Virus record (IMG/VR): IMGVR_UViG_3300011337_000185
Span: 1 to 26,733 of that record
DNA from: a virus
Taxonomy: Duplodnaviria > Caudoviricetes
Length of the DNA: 26,733 bases
Direction: 5' to 3' (one strand)
The stretch's first letter is position 1. Every line of letters begins with the position of its first letter. The notes below the pieces were generated by a model. That model saw only the letters and a program-made list of their open reading frames with translations. It did not search any database and was not told the DNA's origin. This document shows, in pieces, positions 16,609-25,758 of the stretch. Position numbers and translations under genes: made by a program.

Positions 16609-18224
16609 TGTTAGGACAAGATGTATTGATGGCAAGAGCACTACGCTACAGCGTGGATAAACACGGACTTGCCGTTGATTCATTAAAAAATATACCAGAT
16701 TCATTACAACTACAACTAATGGATCTGGCTATTACCGTGACTGAAGATATGAAGTTCAATCAGTTAAAATACTTTAGACCGTTTGAACATCAACTAAACT
16801 TTTTCGCCACAGGCAAACACGATAGGCGAGGCATATTGGCAGCCAATCGTATTGGTAAAACCGTATCTACTTGTTTTGAAACTGCTTGTCATTTAACAGG
16901 ACTATATCCTGAATGGTGGAATGGACATAGATTTACAAGCCCGATAACTTGTATGGTGGCTGGCGAAGGCTGGTCGCAGGTAGCATTAGTGCTACAAAAT
17001 GAATTGTTAGGAACTCAAGATGTTAAAATTACTGAAAACTTGGGAACTGGGGCTATTCCTCGTTCTTGTATCGTTGTTGATACTATGCGAAATGACGGTG
17101 CCAATTGTATCGGTGTGGAGATTAAACATACTTCTGGGGCTAATAGTTATTTGCTTTTCGCAAATTACACTCAGGAGGTTCGTCAATTACAAGGTTTCAA
17201 ACTCAATCTCGCAGTCTTTGACGAGCAACCACCAGATGATTTCTTCAGTGAGATCGTCACTCGAACTGCTACTACGCAAGGAAAGATTCTCTGTTCATTC
17301 ACGCCACTTAAAGGACTCAACGGACTTGTTAGTAAATTCTGGAACAAAGAAGAAGGATACAACTACATCCGTGTAAGTTGGGATGATGTGCCTGAATATG
17401 ACCCCTGGGGTCAGCCATTCTTGTTAAAAGAAACACGCAGACAACTTGAACGAGATTATCTACCACACGAGCGTGAAGCCCGTATCGCAGGTAAGCCAGT
17501 TATGGGTAAAGGTGCTGTGTTCCAGTTGGCAGATTGGACAGCAGTGACTTACAAAACAGGTGAAGTTGATTTCAACAGAATGCCAAACATCCAGCGTGTT
17601 ATCGCACTTGACCTTGGTTTAGTAAATGACAAGACCGTTATATCATTGATGTATTGGGAGCCAAACGAGCGAACAGCATACTTACACAGACAGATTGTTA
17701 TACAGGGTGTAGAAGAAGCCGTGCCTACTCAATATGTCAATCACTTGTTGCGTCCAGAAGTATTTGGCACACCTATCGTATTACCAGCAGATGCTTCTAC
17801 AAAAGGCAGATACACTATGAGTAGTAGCAGTATTCGTGAGTTGTTTGAGAGTTATGGACTCAATGTTTATGAACACGCTATTATGAATCCGCCAGATCAA
17901 AATGGCAAGCAAACTAATCACAAAAGTTATGGTATCAACCAGATGCGACAGATGTTTGAGATGGGCACTTTTTATGTAAATGAAAATTGTTCAAACTTTT
18001 TAACTGAAGCACAAAACTATTTCGTTGATGAAAAGGGCAGATTCAGTGATCCAGATGATTGTATAGATAGTTGTCGTTATGCTATTATGGCTGTGCTTCA
18101 AGGCATCGCAGAACCCTGGGATGATAGAACACCACAACAGAGAATGAGAGCACAACGAGAAAGATATGTTAAATATGATGATAGTAATAAGCCAAGTTGG
18201 AAGAAAACATACTCGGCAGAATAA
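16608..18224 (+). CDS. terL: terminase large subunit
   Basis: 538 aa; Walker A AANRIGKT, Walker B LAVFDE, coupling motif SFTP, RNase H-fold nuclease ALDLG ... DDCIDSCRYA. Confidence 0.95.
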   Translation: MLGQDVLMARALRYSVDKHGLAVDSLKNIPDSLQLQLMDLAITVTEDMKFNQLKYFRPFEHQLNFFATGKHDRRGILAANRIGKTVSTCFETACHLTGLYPEWWNGHRFTSPITCMVAGEGWSQVALVLQNELLGTQDVKITENLGTGAIPRSCIVVDTMRNDGANCIGVEIKHTSGANSYLLFANYTQEVRQLQGFKLNLAVFDEQPPDDFFSEIVTRTATTQGKILCSFTPLKGLNGLVSKFWNKEEGYNYIRVSWDDVPEYDPWGQPFLLKETRRQLERDYLPHEREARIAGKPVMGKGAVFQLADWTAVTYKTGEVDFNRMPNIQRVIALDLGLVNDKTVISLMYWEPNERTAYLHRQIVIQGVEEAVPTQYVNHLLRPEVFGTPIVLPADASTKGRYTMSSSSIRELFESYGLNVYEHAIMNPPDQNGKQTNHKSYGINQMRQMFEMGTFYVNENCSNFLTEAQNYFVDEKGRFSDPDDCIDSCRYAIMAVLQGIAEPWDDRTPQQRMRAQRERYVKYDDSNKPSWKKTYSAE

Positions 18225-18233
18225 GGAATTGAA

Positions 18234-19193
18234 ATGAAGATTTTTATTAGTATAGCAAGTTATAGAGATCCGTTGTTAGCAAACACCGTTAAAGATGCTT
18301 ATGATAACGCACACCACAAAGATAGTCTGGTGTTTGGTATAGTAGATCAAAGTTATGGAATGGAAACATTTGACCCTGGTTATTTTGATTTTAAGAAACA
18401 AATTAGATATGTTAGGATAGAACCACATTTAGCCCGTGGTGCTTGTTGGGCAAGGCATTTGTGCCAGACATTGTATAACGAAGAAACTTACTATTTTCAA
18501 ATAGATAGTCATACAATCTTTGACAAAGACTGGGACTTATATTTTATCAATCAGTATAGACATTTAGAACAATATCACGCTAATCCAGTTATTACCAGTT
18601 ATCCATATCCCTTTGATATTATTGACGGAGATTTAACTAACTTAAAAAAGGGACAGACTACCACAGATTGTATGATGTTGGCTGTGAATGAAGAACATAC
18701 ATTTAAGAACGCACAAGAACAACACGCTTCAATTCGTGGAACATTTGTTAAAAAGCAAGAACCCAGTCACGGATTTTTAATAGCAGGCGGTTGTTTGTTT
18801 GGACCAGGTCATTTAGTAGAACGAGTGCCTTATGATCCGCATATCTATTTTAGTGGTGAAGAATGTAGTTATGCTTTAAGATTATGGACACACGGCTATA
18901 ATATATTCCATCCTTGTAATATGCCAGTGTATCATCAATATGTTGGTAAGTATAGAAACAAGGCGTGGGCAGACAAAATGATTGAACCGCATACACAAAC
19001 TAAATGGCACGAATATAGTCAGGCAGGTAAAAGCCGTAGTTGGCGTGTGACCACTGGCAAAGAATTAGGTATATATGGATTAGGCACTAAACGCTCACTT
19101 AAACAATATATTGATTTCTGTGGATTAGATTATATCAACCAAAAATATACAGACAAGAAAGTCAGTGAATTAAATTACAAGGAACCAGTATGA
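18234..19193 (+). CDS. GT60 / 'GlcNAc' family glycosyltransferase (Gnt1-like polypeptide GlcNAc transferase)
   Basis: IFISIASYRDP N-terminus, RGACWAR, YFQIDSH..F..DWD (DSH metal-binding motif), VPYDP..YFSGEE...ALRLWTHGY. Confidence 0.85.
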   Translation: MKIFISIASYRDPLLANTVKDAYDNAHHKDSLVFGIVDQSYGMETFDPGYFDFKKQIRYVRIEPHLARGACWARHLCQTLYNEETYYFQIDSHTIFDKDWDLYFINQYRHLEQYHANPVITSYPYPFDIIDGDLTNLKKGQTTTDCMMLAVNEEHTFKNAQEQHASIRGTFVKKQEPSHGFLIAGGCLFGPGHLVERVPYDPHIYFSGEECSYALRLWTHGYNIFHPCNMPVYHQYVGKYRNKAWADKMIEPHTQTKWHEYSQAGKSRSWRVTTGKELGIYGLGTKRSLKQYIDFCGLDYINQKYTDKKVSELNYKEPV

Positions 19194-19732
19194 AATACAC
19201 CCGAGGACCAGTTAGCACAGACAGAGAATTTGTGCGTCCAACAATACCAGCCATTGTTGCTTGGTATGACGAAATAAAGTTAGAAGCAGAACGCAGTGGT
19301 TATCAGGCATATTTGACTGGTAGAAGTTTAACTGACATCAATAACACTATGGATGTAGATGTTGTATTTACAGGCAAGATGAACATAGATACACTGGAAC
19401 ATTTATTGACCAGTGCTGTAGTCACAGGCTTTAGACATAAATTAGTAATAGATGCTCGTTGGCAAAATGTTATTGATACAGCAGAATATAAAGATGGTAA
19501 GATTACGATTTTGCCCACTGAGTTTGTATTCTTAAACTATCACGAACACGACAACGGACAAGGACGCAGAATAATCAACGATTATAGATTACATCCTGCG
19601 TTTAAGGTAATCAATGACAATTTAGTTGGCAGCACATATCAACTGGTGGCTAAAAAACTTAAACCGCATTTAGAACAATATATAATGAAACACGGCAAAC
19701 TTGCCTACTTACCTTTGGGAGCAACAGAATGA
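19190..19732 (+). CDS. putative Pol-beta-superfamily nucleotidyltransferase-like protein
   Basis: YLTGRS...TMDVDVVF fits hG[S]x(n)DhDh, with a candidate third Asp in VIDARW; ATGA-coupled to the glycosyltransferase. Confidence 0.5.
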   Translation: MKYTRGPVSTDREFVRPTIPAIVAWYDEIKLEAERSGYQAYLTGRSLTDINNTMDVDVVFTGKMNIDTLEHLLTSAVVTGFRHKLVIDARWQNVIDTAEYKDGKITILPTEFVFLNYHEHDNGQGRRIINDYRLHPAFKVINDNLVGSTYQLVAKKLKPHLEQYIMKHGKLAYLPLGATE

Positions 19733-19968
19733 AACAACCAGTGACACCACACCCAGGCAGAACGCCAGAGGCAAATATTATAAACAGAGAAGACTACAAG
19801 TTAGACTTGTCATTACGCAAACACAGAGAAGATCAATATGTGTTAAAGATTAAAAAGTATATACCAGAATTAGGATGGAGAGAATTCTTTTTTATGGTCA
19901 GTCCAGAAGAACTGGATAGAATACGATTAGCATTAGATTTAGGAGAAGCATATGGGAAAAGGAAGTAA
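19729..19968 (+). CDS. hypothetical protein (79 aa)
   Basis: GGGAG SD; ATGA coupling. Confidence 0.65.
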   Translation: MKQPVTPHPGRTPEANIINREDYKLDLSLRKHREDQYVLKIKKYIPELGWREFFFMVSPEELDRIRLALDLGEAYGKRK

Positions 19969-20083
19969 TAGACGCAAGGAAGATGTCAAAAAGATTAGAG
20001 ATAATTGGGACGCTATATTTGGGAAAAAAGACCCCAAAGAGCAAAAACCCAATGAACAACTACCTAAAGAAAACGCTAAATAA
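19952..20083 (+). CDS. small protein (43 aa; not in the ORF track)
   Basis: AGGAG SD; MGKGSNRRKEDVKKIRDNWDAIFGKKDPKEQKPNEQLPKENAK; fills the gap before the portal promoter. Confidence 0.7.
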   Translation: MGKGSNRRKEDVKKIRDNWDAIFGKKDPKEQKPNEQLPKENAK

Positions 20084-20084
20084 T
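20077..20084 (+). promoter_or_regulatory. putative late promoter TAAATAAT
   Basis: gcTAAATAATacaataaactAAAGGtattcacccaatATG(20112). Confidence 0.7.
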
Positions 20085-20111
20085 ACAATAAACTAAAGGT
20101 ATTCACCCAAT

Positions 20112-22373
20112 ATGTTAGACATAAAAAACACCGTCCTTGAAGACATCAATAAAAATAGAAAACAGAACGCTAACTTCGTTCGTTTGAAGAACTTATTAGA
20201 TGTCAAGATGGCAGCATACTTACGCTATTTGGCAACTAAAAACGCTGTAAATAGAAGTGCCGACTATCACTATCTATGCTTGGCTGTGACCAACTCTACA
20301 GCACCCGTCAATGGTATTGACTATATTCACCCAACCGTAAAACCAGTTGTAGATTACGCTACAGCCGTTATTGCCAAAGGTTTAATGCCTGGCGGTGAAA
20401 TCAATTTTGAGTTTGTTGCTGACGGAGAAGATGACGAAGTAGCCGCAAGACAAGCCACGGATATGGTGTCAAAGGTTGTCAATCAAATGAATGATCCGCA
20501 CTTTATTTTAGAGCGTTGGATTATGGATGCTAACTTACACAAGAATGGTATGATGATGATCAAACCTATTCGTGAGCAGATTGTTAGATATGTAGAAACT
20601 ACAGGCACTAACGACCAACTACGAGCATTTGAACAACAAGCAGCCGAAAGTGGTTTAACAGCATTACGCCAAAGCAAACGCCAAATCAATATTGATATGG
20701 AAAAGGCTATGGCAGAAATCCAACAAAATCTTGGACCTGAACGAGCACAAATGGGCAAAGAACATTTAGAAAGTGCTATCAACGCTTTTGGCGATGGTGA
20801 AGATTTAATGGTTGAAGAAGATTTACAGAACATTAGTGTTGATGCTGAACAAAGTGTATTAAATGATGCTGTAAGTAGAAACACTATATACAAAGCAAAA
20901 TACAAACTAACTGGTTATAGTATCAACATCAAGTTCCACCCTATCGCACAACATTATTGGTTATGTGATCCAACGGTGCCAGAAATTAAAGAACAACCAT
21001 TCTGCGGGTATTATGACCCGATGACAATACAAGAAGCCACAGAGTTATATCCTGATATTGATTTAGAAAAATTCCGTATTCACGCAGAATACAACCAAAG
21101 TGGTGCTTACCAAGCAGGTTCAGTATTAAACAACTTGGCTATTCACGCCCGTGATAGTGTGCCTGTTATGGGCTTGCCAGTTAGCAGTTCAAGTAGTCAA
21201 GACCAAGACAGCCGTATTGTTAGTATTGTCACTGCTTGGAACAGATTTGACATTGATGGTGACGGTGAGTTAGAACTTGTAGAGATTATCTATAGCGGTT
21301 CATACATTATCTCAGCCCGTGAAGTTGAGTTTATTCCTGTGGCTAATATGTGTCCTCGTCCATTACCAGGAAACTTTTATGGTATGAGCGTAGCAGAATC
21401 AGTTGTTCCAGCACAAGAATATAATACATCAGCAGCCAGAGCAGAGATTCAGTTAGGCTTACTAACAGCAACACCACGCATAGGTGTTAAACCAGATAGA
21501 TTAGACTTTGAGATGCTACAAGATGGCGAATCAGCAATCTTTATTTTAGATTCAAAGTTTGACCCAGCCAAAGACATTTACCAAATTCCTCCACCAAGCG
21601 GCAACTTGGCATTCCTTGAGACTGCTATGGAGCGTATTAAACAAGATACAATGGCATTAGTTGGTATGACACAGCCCACCGATGTATTCAATCCTGAAGT
21701 TATGGCTCCAGGTAATAGTGGCATCAAACTACAAATGGCTCTTACACCTAACCAGATCATTCAAGACAATATTGTCCGTAATGCCGCTGAAGGACTAAAA
21801 GAAGCATTGTGGTTGGTATGGAGAACGCTAATACAATATGGTGATGACTATGGTGTTAAAAAGTTAGCATCAACATTCCACCCTGAAAAGAAAGCAGAGT
21901 TTTTGGACTTTTTGGCTTGGGACGATATGAACTTCTGTGAGCGTAAAGAAATACACACAGAGTTAGCAGTTGGTATGATGAGTGAAGAAAATGCTTTGGG
22001 CAGATTACAGATCATTCAAAAATGTCAGGCTGACTTATATGCTACAACACAACAAATGGTCACTGCTGGCACTTTAACTCCTGAAGTGTATAAAAAGGTC
22101 AAGAAACCTTTTGCGGACACTCTGTATGTTTTAGGTGTCAAAGATTGCGATACTTATTTGCCAAGTGACGAAGAAGTCCAGACTATGATAGCCGCAGGTG
22201 CTGAAGCAATGAAGAACAGAGAACCAAGCCCAGAAGATAAGAAACGCTTGTCAAGTGCGGCATTGGATGATATGAAAACACAACAGATTAAAGCCGAGAT
22301 GGAAGGCACTGATGCTGAAAGTCAATTGGATTATATGGCATTAGCACAAGGAACTCCAAAGGTATATAGTTAA
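20112..22373 (+). CDS. portal protein (podovirus type)
   Basis: 753 aa between terL and scaffold/capsid; EDDEVAARQATDMV, DIDGDGELE and PGNFYGMSVAE segments typical of P22/SU10-type portals. Confidence 0.88.
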   Translation: MLDIKNTVLEDINKNRKQNANFVRLKNLLDVKMAAYLRYLATKNAVNRSADYHYLCLAVTNSTAPVNGIDYIHPTVKPVVDYATAVIAKGLMPGGEINFEFVADGEDDEVAARQATDMVSKVVNQMNDPHFILERWIMDANLHKNGMMMIKPIREQIVRYVETTGTNDQLRAFEQQAAESGLTALRQSKRQINIDMEKAMAEIQQNLGPERAQMGKEHLESAINAFGDGEDLMVEEDLQNISVDAEQSVLNDAVSRNTIYKAKYKLTGYSINIKFHPIAQHYWLCDPTVPEIKEQPFCGYYDPMTIQEATELYPDIDLEKFRIHAEYNQSGAYQAGSVLNNLAIHARDSVPVMGLPVSSSSSQDQDSRIVSIVTAWNRFDIDGDGELELVEIIYSGSYIISAREVEFIPVANMCPRPLPGNFYGMSVAESVVPAQEYNTSAARAEIQLGLLTATPRIGVKPDRLDFEMLQDGESAIFILDSKFDPAKDIYQIPPPSGNLAFLETAMERIKQDTMALVGMTQPTDVFNPEVMAPGNSGIKLQMALTPNQIIQDNIVRNAAEGLKEALWLVWRTLIQYGDDYGVKKLASTFHPEKKAEFLDFLAWDDMNFCERKEIHTELAVGMMSEENALGRLQIIQKCQADLYATTQQMVTAGTLTPEVYKKVKKPFADTLYVLGVKDCDTYLPSDEEVQTMIAAGAEAMKNREPSPEDKKRLSSAALDDMKTQQIKAEMEGTDAESQLDYMALAQGTPKVYS

Positions 22374-22379
22374 ACAGCA

Positions 22380-22387
22380 TAAATAAT
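22380..22387 (+). promoter_or_regulatory. putative late promoter TAAATAAT, leaderless start
   Basis: TAAATA-ATGTT-ATG(22391). Confidence 0.65.
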
Positions 22388-22390
22388 GTT

Positions 22391-22735
22391 ATGATAAATG
22401 ACAACACGGTAGAGTTTTATAACTCTAAATTGACAATAGATTTGAGTAGTATGAAAAACCTTACACCAGCACAGGCTGATAAGGTTAGGCATTATGGATC
22501 ACAGGCAGAGAACTTGCTAACTAACAAGGACCTGGCTATGTTCATACACCATTATAAGTTTGAAGTGGCAGACCAAATAGCAAATATGCGTGGTCACACT
22601 CCAATCGACGATGCTGAAAGAGTTGCGTTATGTAATCAACTCGTAGGCATTGATAGTTTTGTGAGTAGCCTTAAAAGGGCTGCTTACTTAAAAAACCGTA
22701 TCGTAAGCAATAAAGAATTGCCCGAAACGAATTAA
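22391..22735 (+). CDS. small helical protein between portal and scaffold
   Basis: 114 aa ORF in a position commonly occupied by a small head-module gene. Confidence 0.75.
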   Translation: MINDNTVEFYNSKLTIDLSSMKNLTPAQADKVRHYGSQAENLLTNKDLAMFIHHYKFEVADQIANMRGHTPIDDAERVALCNQLVGIDSFVSSLKRAAYLKNRIVSNKELPETN

Positions 22736-22746
22736 AGGAAATAGAA

Positions 22747-23904
22747 ATGACAGATACGATTAGTCCTAATGCTCCAGTTGCGAGCACGGTCACTGAATCA
22801 CCAGCAGTCCCGAGTTTAGACTCAATAGCCGCTAAAATGACCGCAATGCGTGAAAGCACTTTGCGTAATCAAATTGGTGCTACTAAACCAACTGCGACAG
22901 GTCAAGATGAAGAGGCAGAGCAGTCATCAAGCCCTGTGGCAACCGATATGCCAGAAGTTGATGATACCATTGACACCGAAAATGAAAACGACAATCCTGA
23001 AGCAGCCGCCCCTGAAGAGGTAAGCACTGATAGTAATGATTCTTCGGCAGACGAACTTATTGATTTTATTGAATTCGCAGAAACTAACCCGAACGCCAAG
23101 TTCAAGTTTATGAAGAATGGTAAAGAAGTAGTTATTGATGCCAAGAAAGCCGCCAGCATTTTAGGACAAGGTTCAGCAATACACGAGGAAGCAAGGCAGT
23201 TAAAGATAGAACGAGCAGAGTTTGACGAGTATCTAAAAGATACACAAGCCAGACAAGAAGGTTTAACTTTAGCAATGGAATTTACCGTTCAGCCTAAATT
23301 ACAGCAGGCGTATGATGAGATTTTGAAAACTCAAAACTATAACATCACATTCCAGCAACAATTGAGCAGAACAAATGATCCTGCCCAGATCGCAAAAATA
23401 CAAGCGAGTATGGCACAGAATGAACGCTGGATACAGCAACAACAACAAGTTATATCACAAATTAAACCTGCGGTTGATCAGTTCAGGGCGGTGCGTAGTC
23501 AGCAAGTATCGGAAAGATTGGCGGCAGCACGAAGAGGATTTACAGACAAAGAGTTGAAAAACGAATATGTCTATAATGAAGTTCGTGATAAGGTTGGCAA
23601 ACTTTGGAAGAATGCCAAAGACGAGATCATTCCAGGTGTTCCTAATATAGACCTAATCAGCAGTGACGAGGCTCTTTTGAGTTTAGTCCGTGACGGTCTT
23701 CGCTACAGAGACAAACCATCTACCAAATCCGCAGGTTCTTCTATGGCAGCCCTAACCAGTCGTAAAGGTTCTACTACACAGAAGAACAATAACGATGAAA
23801 TGGGCAAACTTCGTGAGCAAGCCAATAAAGGCGACAAGAAAGCCGCTGATGATCTGCTAACCCGACGCTTACAGAGTATCCGTCAGACCAGATCAGGAAG
23901 ATAA
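22747..23904 (+). CDS. capsid scaffolding protein
   Basis: 385 aa; acidic disordered N-region, coiled-coil middle, basic C-terminus; directly before the capsid gene. Confidence 0.8.
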   Translation: MTDTISPNAPVASTVTESPAVPSLDSIAAKMTAMRESTLRNQIGATKPTATGQDEEAEQSSSPVATDMPEVDDTIDTENENDNPEAAAPEEVSTDSNDSSADELIDFIEFAETNPNAKFKFMKNGKEVVIDAKKAASILGQGSAIHEEARQLKIERAEFDEYLKDTQARQEGLTLAMEFTVQPKLQQAYDEILKTQNYNITFQQQLSRTNDPAQIAKIQASMAQNERWIQQQQQVISQIKPAVDQFRAVRSQQVSERLAAARRGFTDKELKNEYVYNEVRDKVGKLWKNAKDEIIPGVPNIDLISSDEALLSLVRDGLRYRDKPSTKSAGSSMAALTSRKGSTTQKNNNDEMGKLREQANKGDKKAADDLLTRRLQSIRQTRSGR

Positions 23905-23927
23905 ACCATTATTAAAGGAATATAAAA

Positions 23928-25103
23928 ATGGCAGAAATTACAACAAGTCAAATTGGCAATGGCACAACACTACCTTATAGTGCTGACATCGTTGTCAAGG
24001 ATTTAGACCTCGATGTGTCTAATCGTGTCAAGGACGACACACCAGTATTAAATATGGCTATGTCCAAAAAGCGTAAAGTAAATTCTACTTTGCCACTATG
24101 GACTGATGACATCTATCGTGCTCCACAAGTTCAAGCACAAGTAGAAGGTGCCAGTGTTTCTACAAGTCAAGCAGAGAGCAATCAACGCTATAACTTGGGC
24201 AACTACACACAGATTTTCAGCACGGTTATTGCCGCTTCTGGAACTGCTCGTGCTGTTCTACAATCTGGCGGAGATCCGCAAAGTTATCAAGAGGTAAAGC
24301 AACTTATTGAATTGATGTTCGATGTAGAACAACAATTAGTTCGTGCTGACCAAATTGGAACGAAATATGCTGGTCAAAGCGGAACAGCAAGTGGCTTGCC
24401 AAGTGGTCAGACAGGTCGTCGTATGGGTTCATTGAACTCATTCGCAGGCACAATGTCTTTCAATACAACAAGTGGCACATTGAGTGGTTTAGATACTAAC
24501 ATCAACAACGAAGATACAGACTCAGTAGTTCAGGCTACTAACGCCCTTCGTGTTTATGCTAATGGTAATGTTTTCTATACAGGAACATTTACTAATGAGT
24601 ATTTCTCACCAGCATTGTATAAGCAGTTGGTCACGGTTGCTGAACAGCGTTATAACGCTAAAATCCGCACCGTAGTTGCTCCAACAAGCCTACGCACATC
24701 AATCAGTGATAACATTGCTCAAAGCCGTGGTATCAACCGTGTTGATTCAGCCCGTGGTGACACAATCCAAACTTATGAGGGTGATTTTAATTACACTTAT
24801 GAGATTATGGATAGTTGGATTATGGATCAAGTAAATCCTAACAGCATCTACTTCTTAAACGAGGATGTGCTACAATGGGGCAGTTTGCGTGATCTTGGAC
24901 CAAATAATGAAGTCTTCTCAAACGCTGATGCGTCATTAGACCAATTTATTATGGAGGGCACTCTTATAGTGCGAAATCCTGCTGGCGTAGGCGTGCTAAA
25001 CAACATTATGGCAGGCACAACAGCCCAGGCTTCATTGCCAGGTGCTCGTCCAGCCGCTTTGGTCACTCGCACAAACTTCGGTCCAGGCGATGTCACACCC
25101 TAA
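23928..25103 (+). CDS. major capsid protein (SU10 / DUF5309-like)
   Basis: DL...DTP, WTDD, EG, GNYTQIF...SGT, YQ..K...EL..DVE pattern; strong SD; followed by a terminator. Confidence 0.88.
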   Translation: MAEITTSQIGNGTTLPYSADIVVKDLDLDVSNRVKDDTPVLNMAMSKKRKVNSTLPLWTDDIYRAPQVQAQVEGASVSTSQAESNQRYNLGNYTQIFSTVIAASGTARAVLQSGGDPQSYQEVKQLIELMFDVEQQLVRADQIGTKYAGQSGTASGLPSGQTGRRMGSLNSFAGTMSFNTTSGTLSGLDTNINNEDTDSVVQATNALRVYANGNVFYTGTFTNEYFSPALYKQLVTVAEQRYNAKIRTVVAPTSLRTSISDNIAQSRGINRVDSARGDTIQTYEGDFNYTYEIMDSWIMDQVNPNSIYFLNEDVLQWGSLRDLGPNNEVFSNADASLDQFIMEGTLIVRNPAGVGVLNNIMAGTTAQASLPGARPAALVTRTNFGPGDVTP

Positions 25104-25126
25104 TTCTTTATAGAATTATAAGTGAT

Positions 25127-25150
25127 AAGGGCAACTTCGGTTGCCCTTTT
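25127..25150 (+). terminator. rho-independent terminator after the capsid gene
   Basis: AAGGGCAAC-TTCG-GTTGCCCTT-TT: 9-bp stem with a cUUCGg tetraloop and U-rich tail. Confidence 0.9.
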
Positions 25151-25157
25151 GTTTGGC

Positions 25158-25165
25158 TAAATAAT
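25158..25165 (+). promoter_or_regulatory. putative late promoter TAAATAAT, leaderless start
   Basis: ggcTAAATA-ATACT-ATG(25169), immediately after the terminator where re-initiation is needed. Confidence 0.75.
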
Positions 25166-25168
25166 ACT

Positions 25169-25756
25169 ATGAACGACATAAACCAACCTGAATATCTGGA
25201 CGATAAAGACCCAGAAAAGAATCACGATTATTGGAGACAAGATCACGGTGGTATGATTAGCACACATAATGGTGTGGCTGATAGATTACTCAGTGGTAAT
25301 AATGACTTGTATAACTCATTAAAAGGTGATTGGAAAAGAACTGATATGAACAAGAGTGGCAACATCATTGTCACAACTGGCAGAGAAGATGGTAAGTTTT
25401 ATATCCGCAGAGAACAACAGAACACAGAAGAAGTTAAACTGCGTGTAAAAAACTACAGACACGCTGCCGAACTTGGTATCCCTGATCCGTTAGCACCTAT
25501 TGGTGAAGATGGCAAACTAACTTATAAATGGATGGAATTACCGTCAGTTATCAGTATCCGTATCAGTGACCAATACTTTGATGGTATTCCTTGGAACGCC
25601 ATTAAAAATGACAGAACTCTTAAAGCCCAGTTTTATAAAGTTGTTGAGCGAGAATACCCAGAATATGTATGCTACCCACACGGTAAATTACCTATTCCCA
25701 TAGATGTGCCTTATCCTACAAAAAAAGGCGAAAAAAAATATTTTAGAGGACATTAA
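25169..25756 (+). CDS. hypothetical protein (195 aa), post-capsid
   Basis: ORF between the capsid and adaptor-like genes. Confidence 0.8.
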   Translation: MNDINQPEYLDDKDPEKNHDYWRQDHGGMISTHNGVADRLLSGNNDLYNSLKGDWKRTDMNKSGNIIVTTGREDGKFYIRREQQNTEEVKLRVKNYRHAAELGIPDPLAPIGEDGKLTYKWMELPSVISIRISDQYFDGIPWNAIKNDRTLKAQFYKVVEREYPEYVCYPHGKLPIPIDVPYPTKKGEKKYFRGH

Positions 25757-25758
25757 AA

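Noticed and set aside
24049-24054. Intragenic TAAATA hexamers (here and near 14561, 18170, 20248)
   Set aside because: The hexamer alone is expected by chance in AT-rich DNA; these lack the AT extension and are not at gene boundaries.
25101-25118. Short palindrome TAATTCT-ttat-AGAATTA at the capsid stop codon
   Set aside because: It is AT-rich, weak and single-copy; the adjacent GC-rich hairpin explains termination.
15-25756. Stop-codon reassignment, since none of the called genes ends in TAG
   Set aside because: Genes are intact and densely packed under the standard code, so no recoding is needed; TAG absence may be simple bias.
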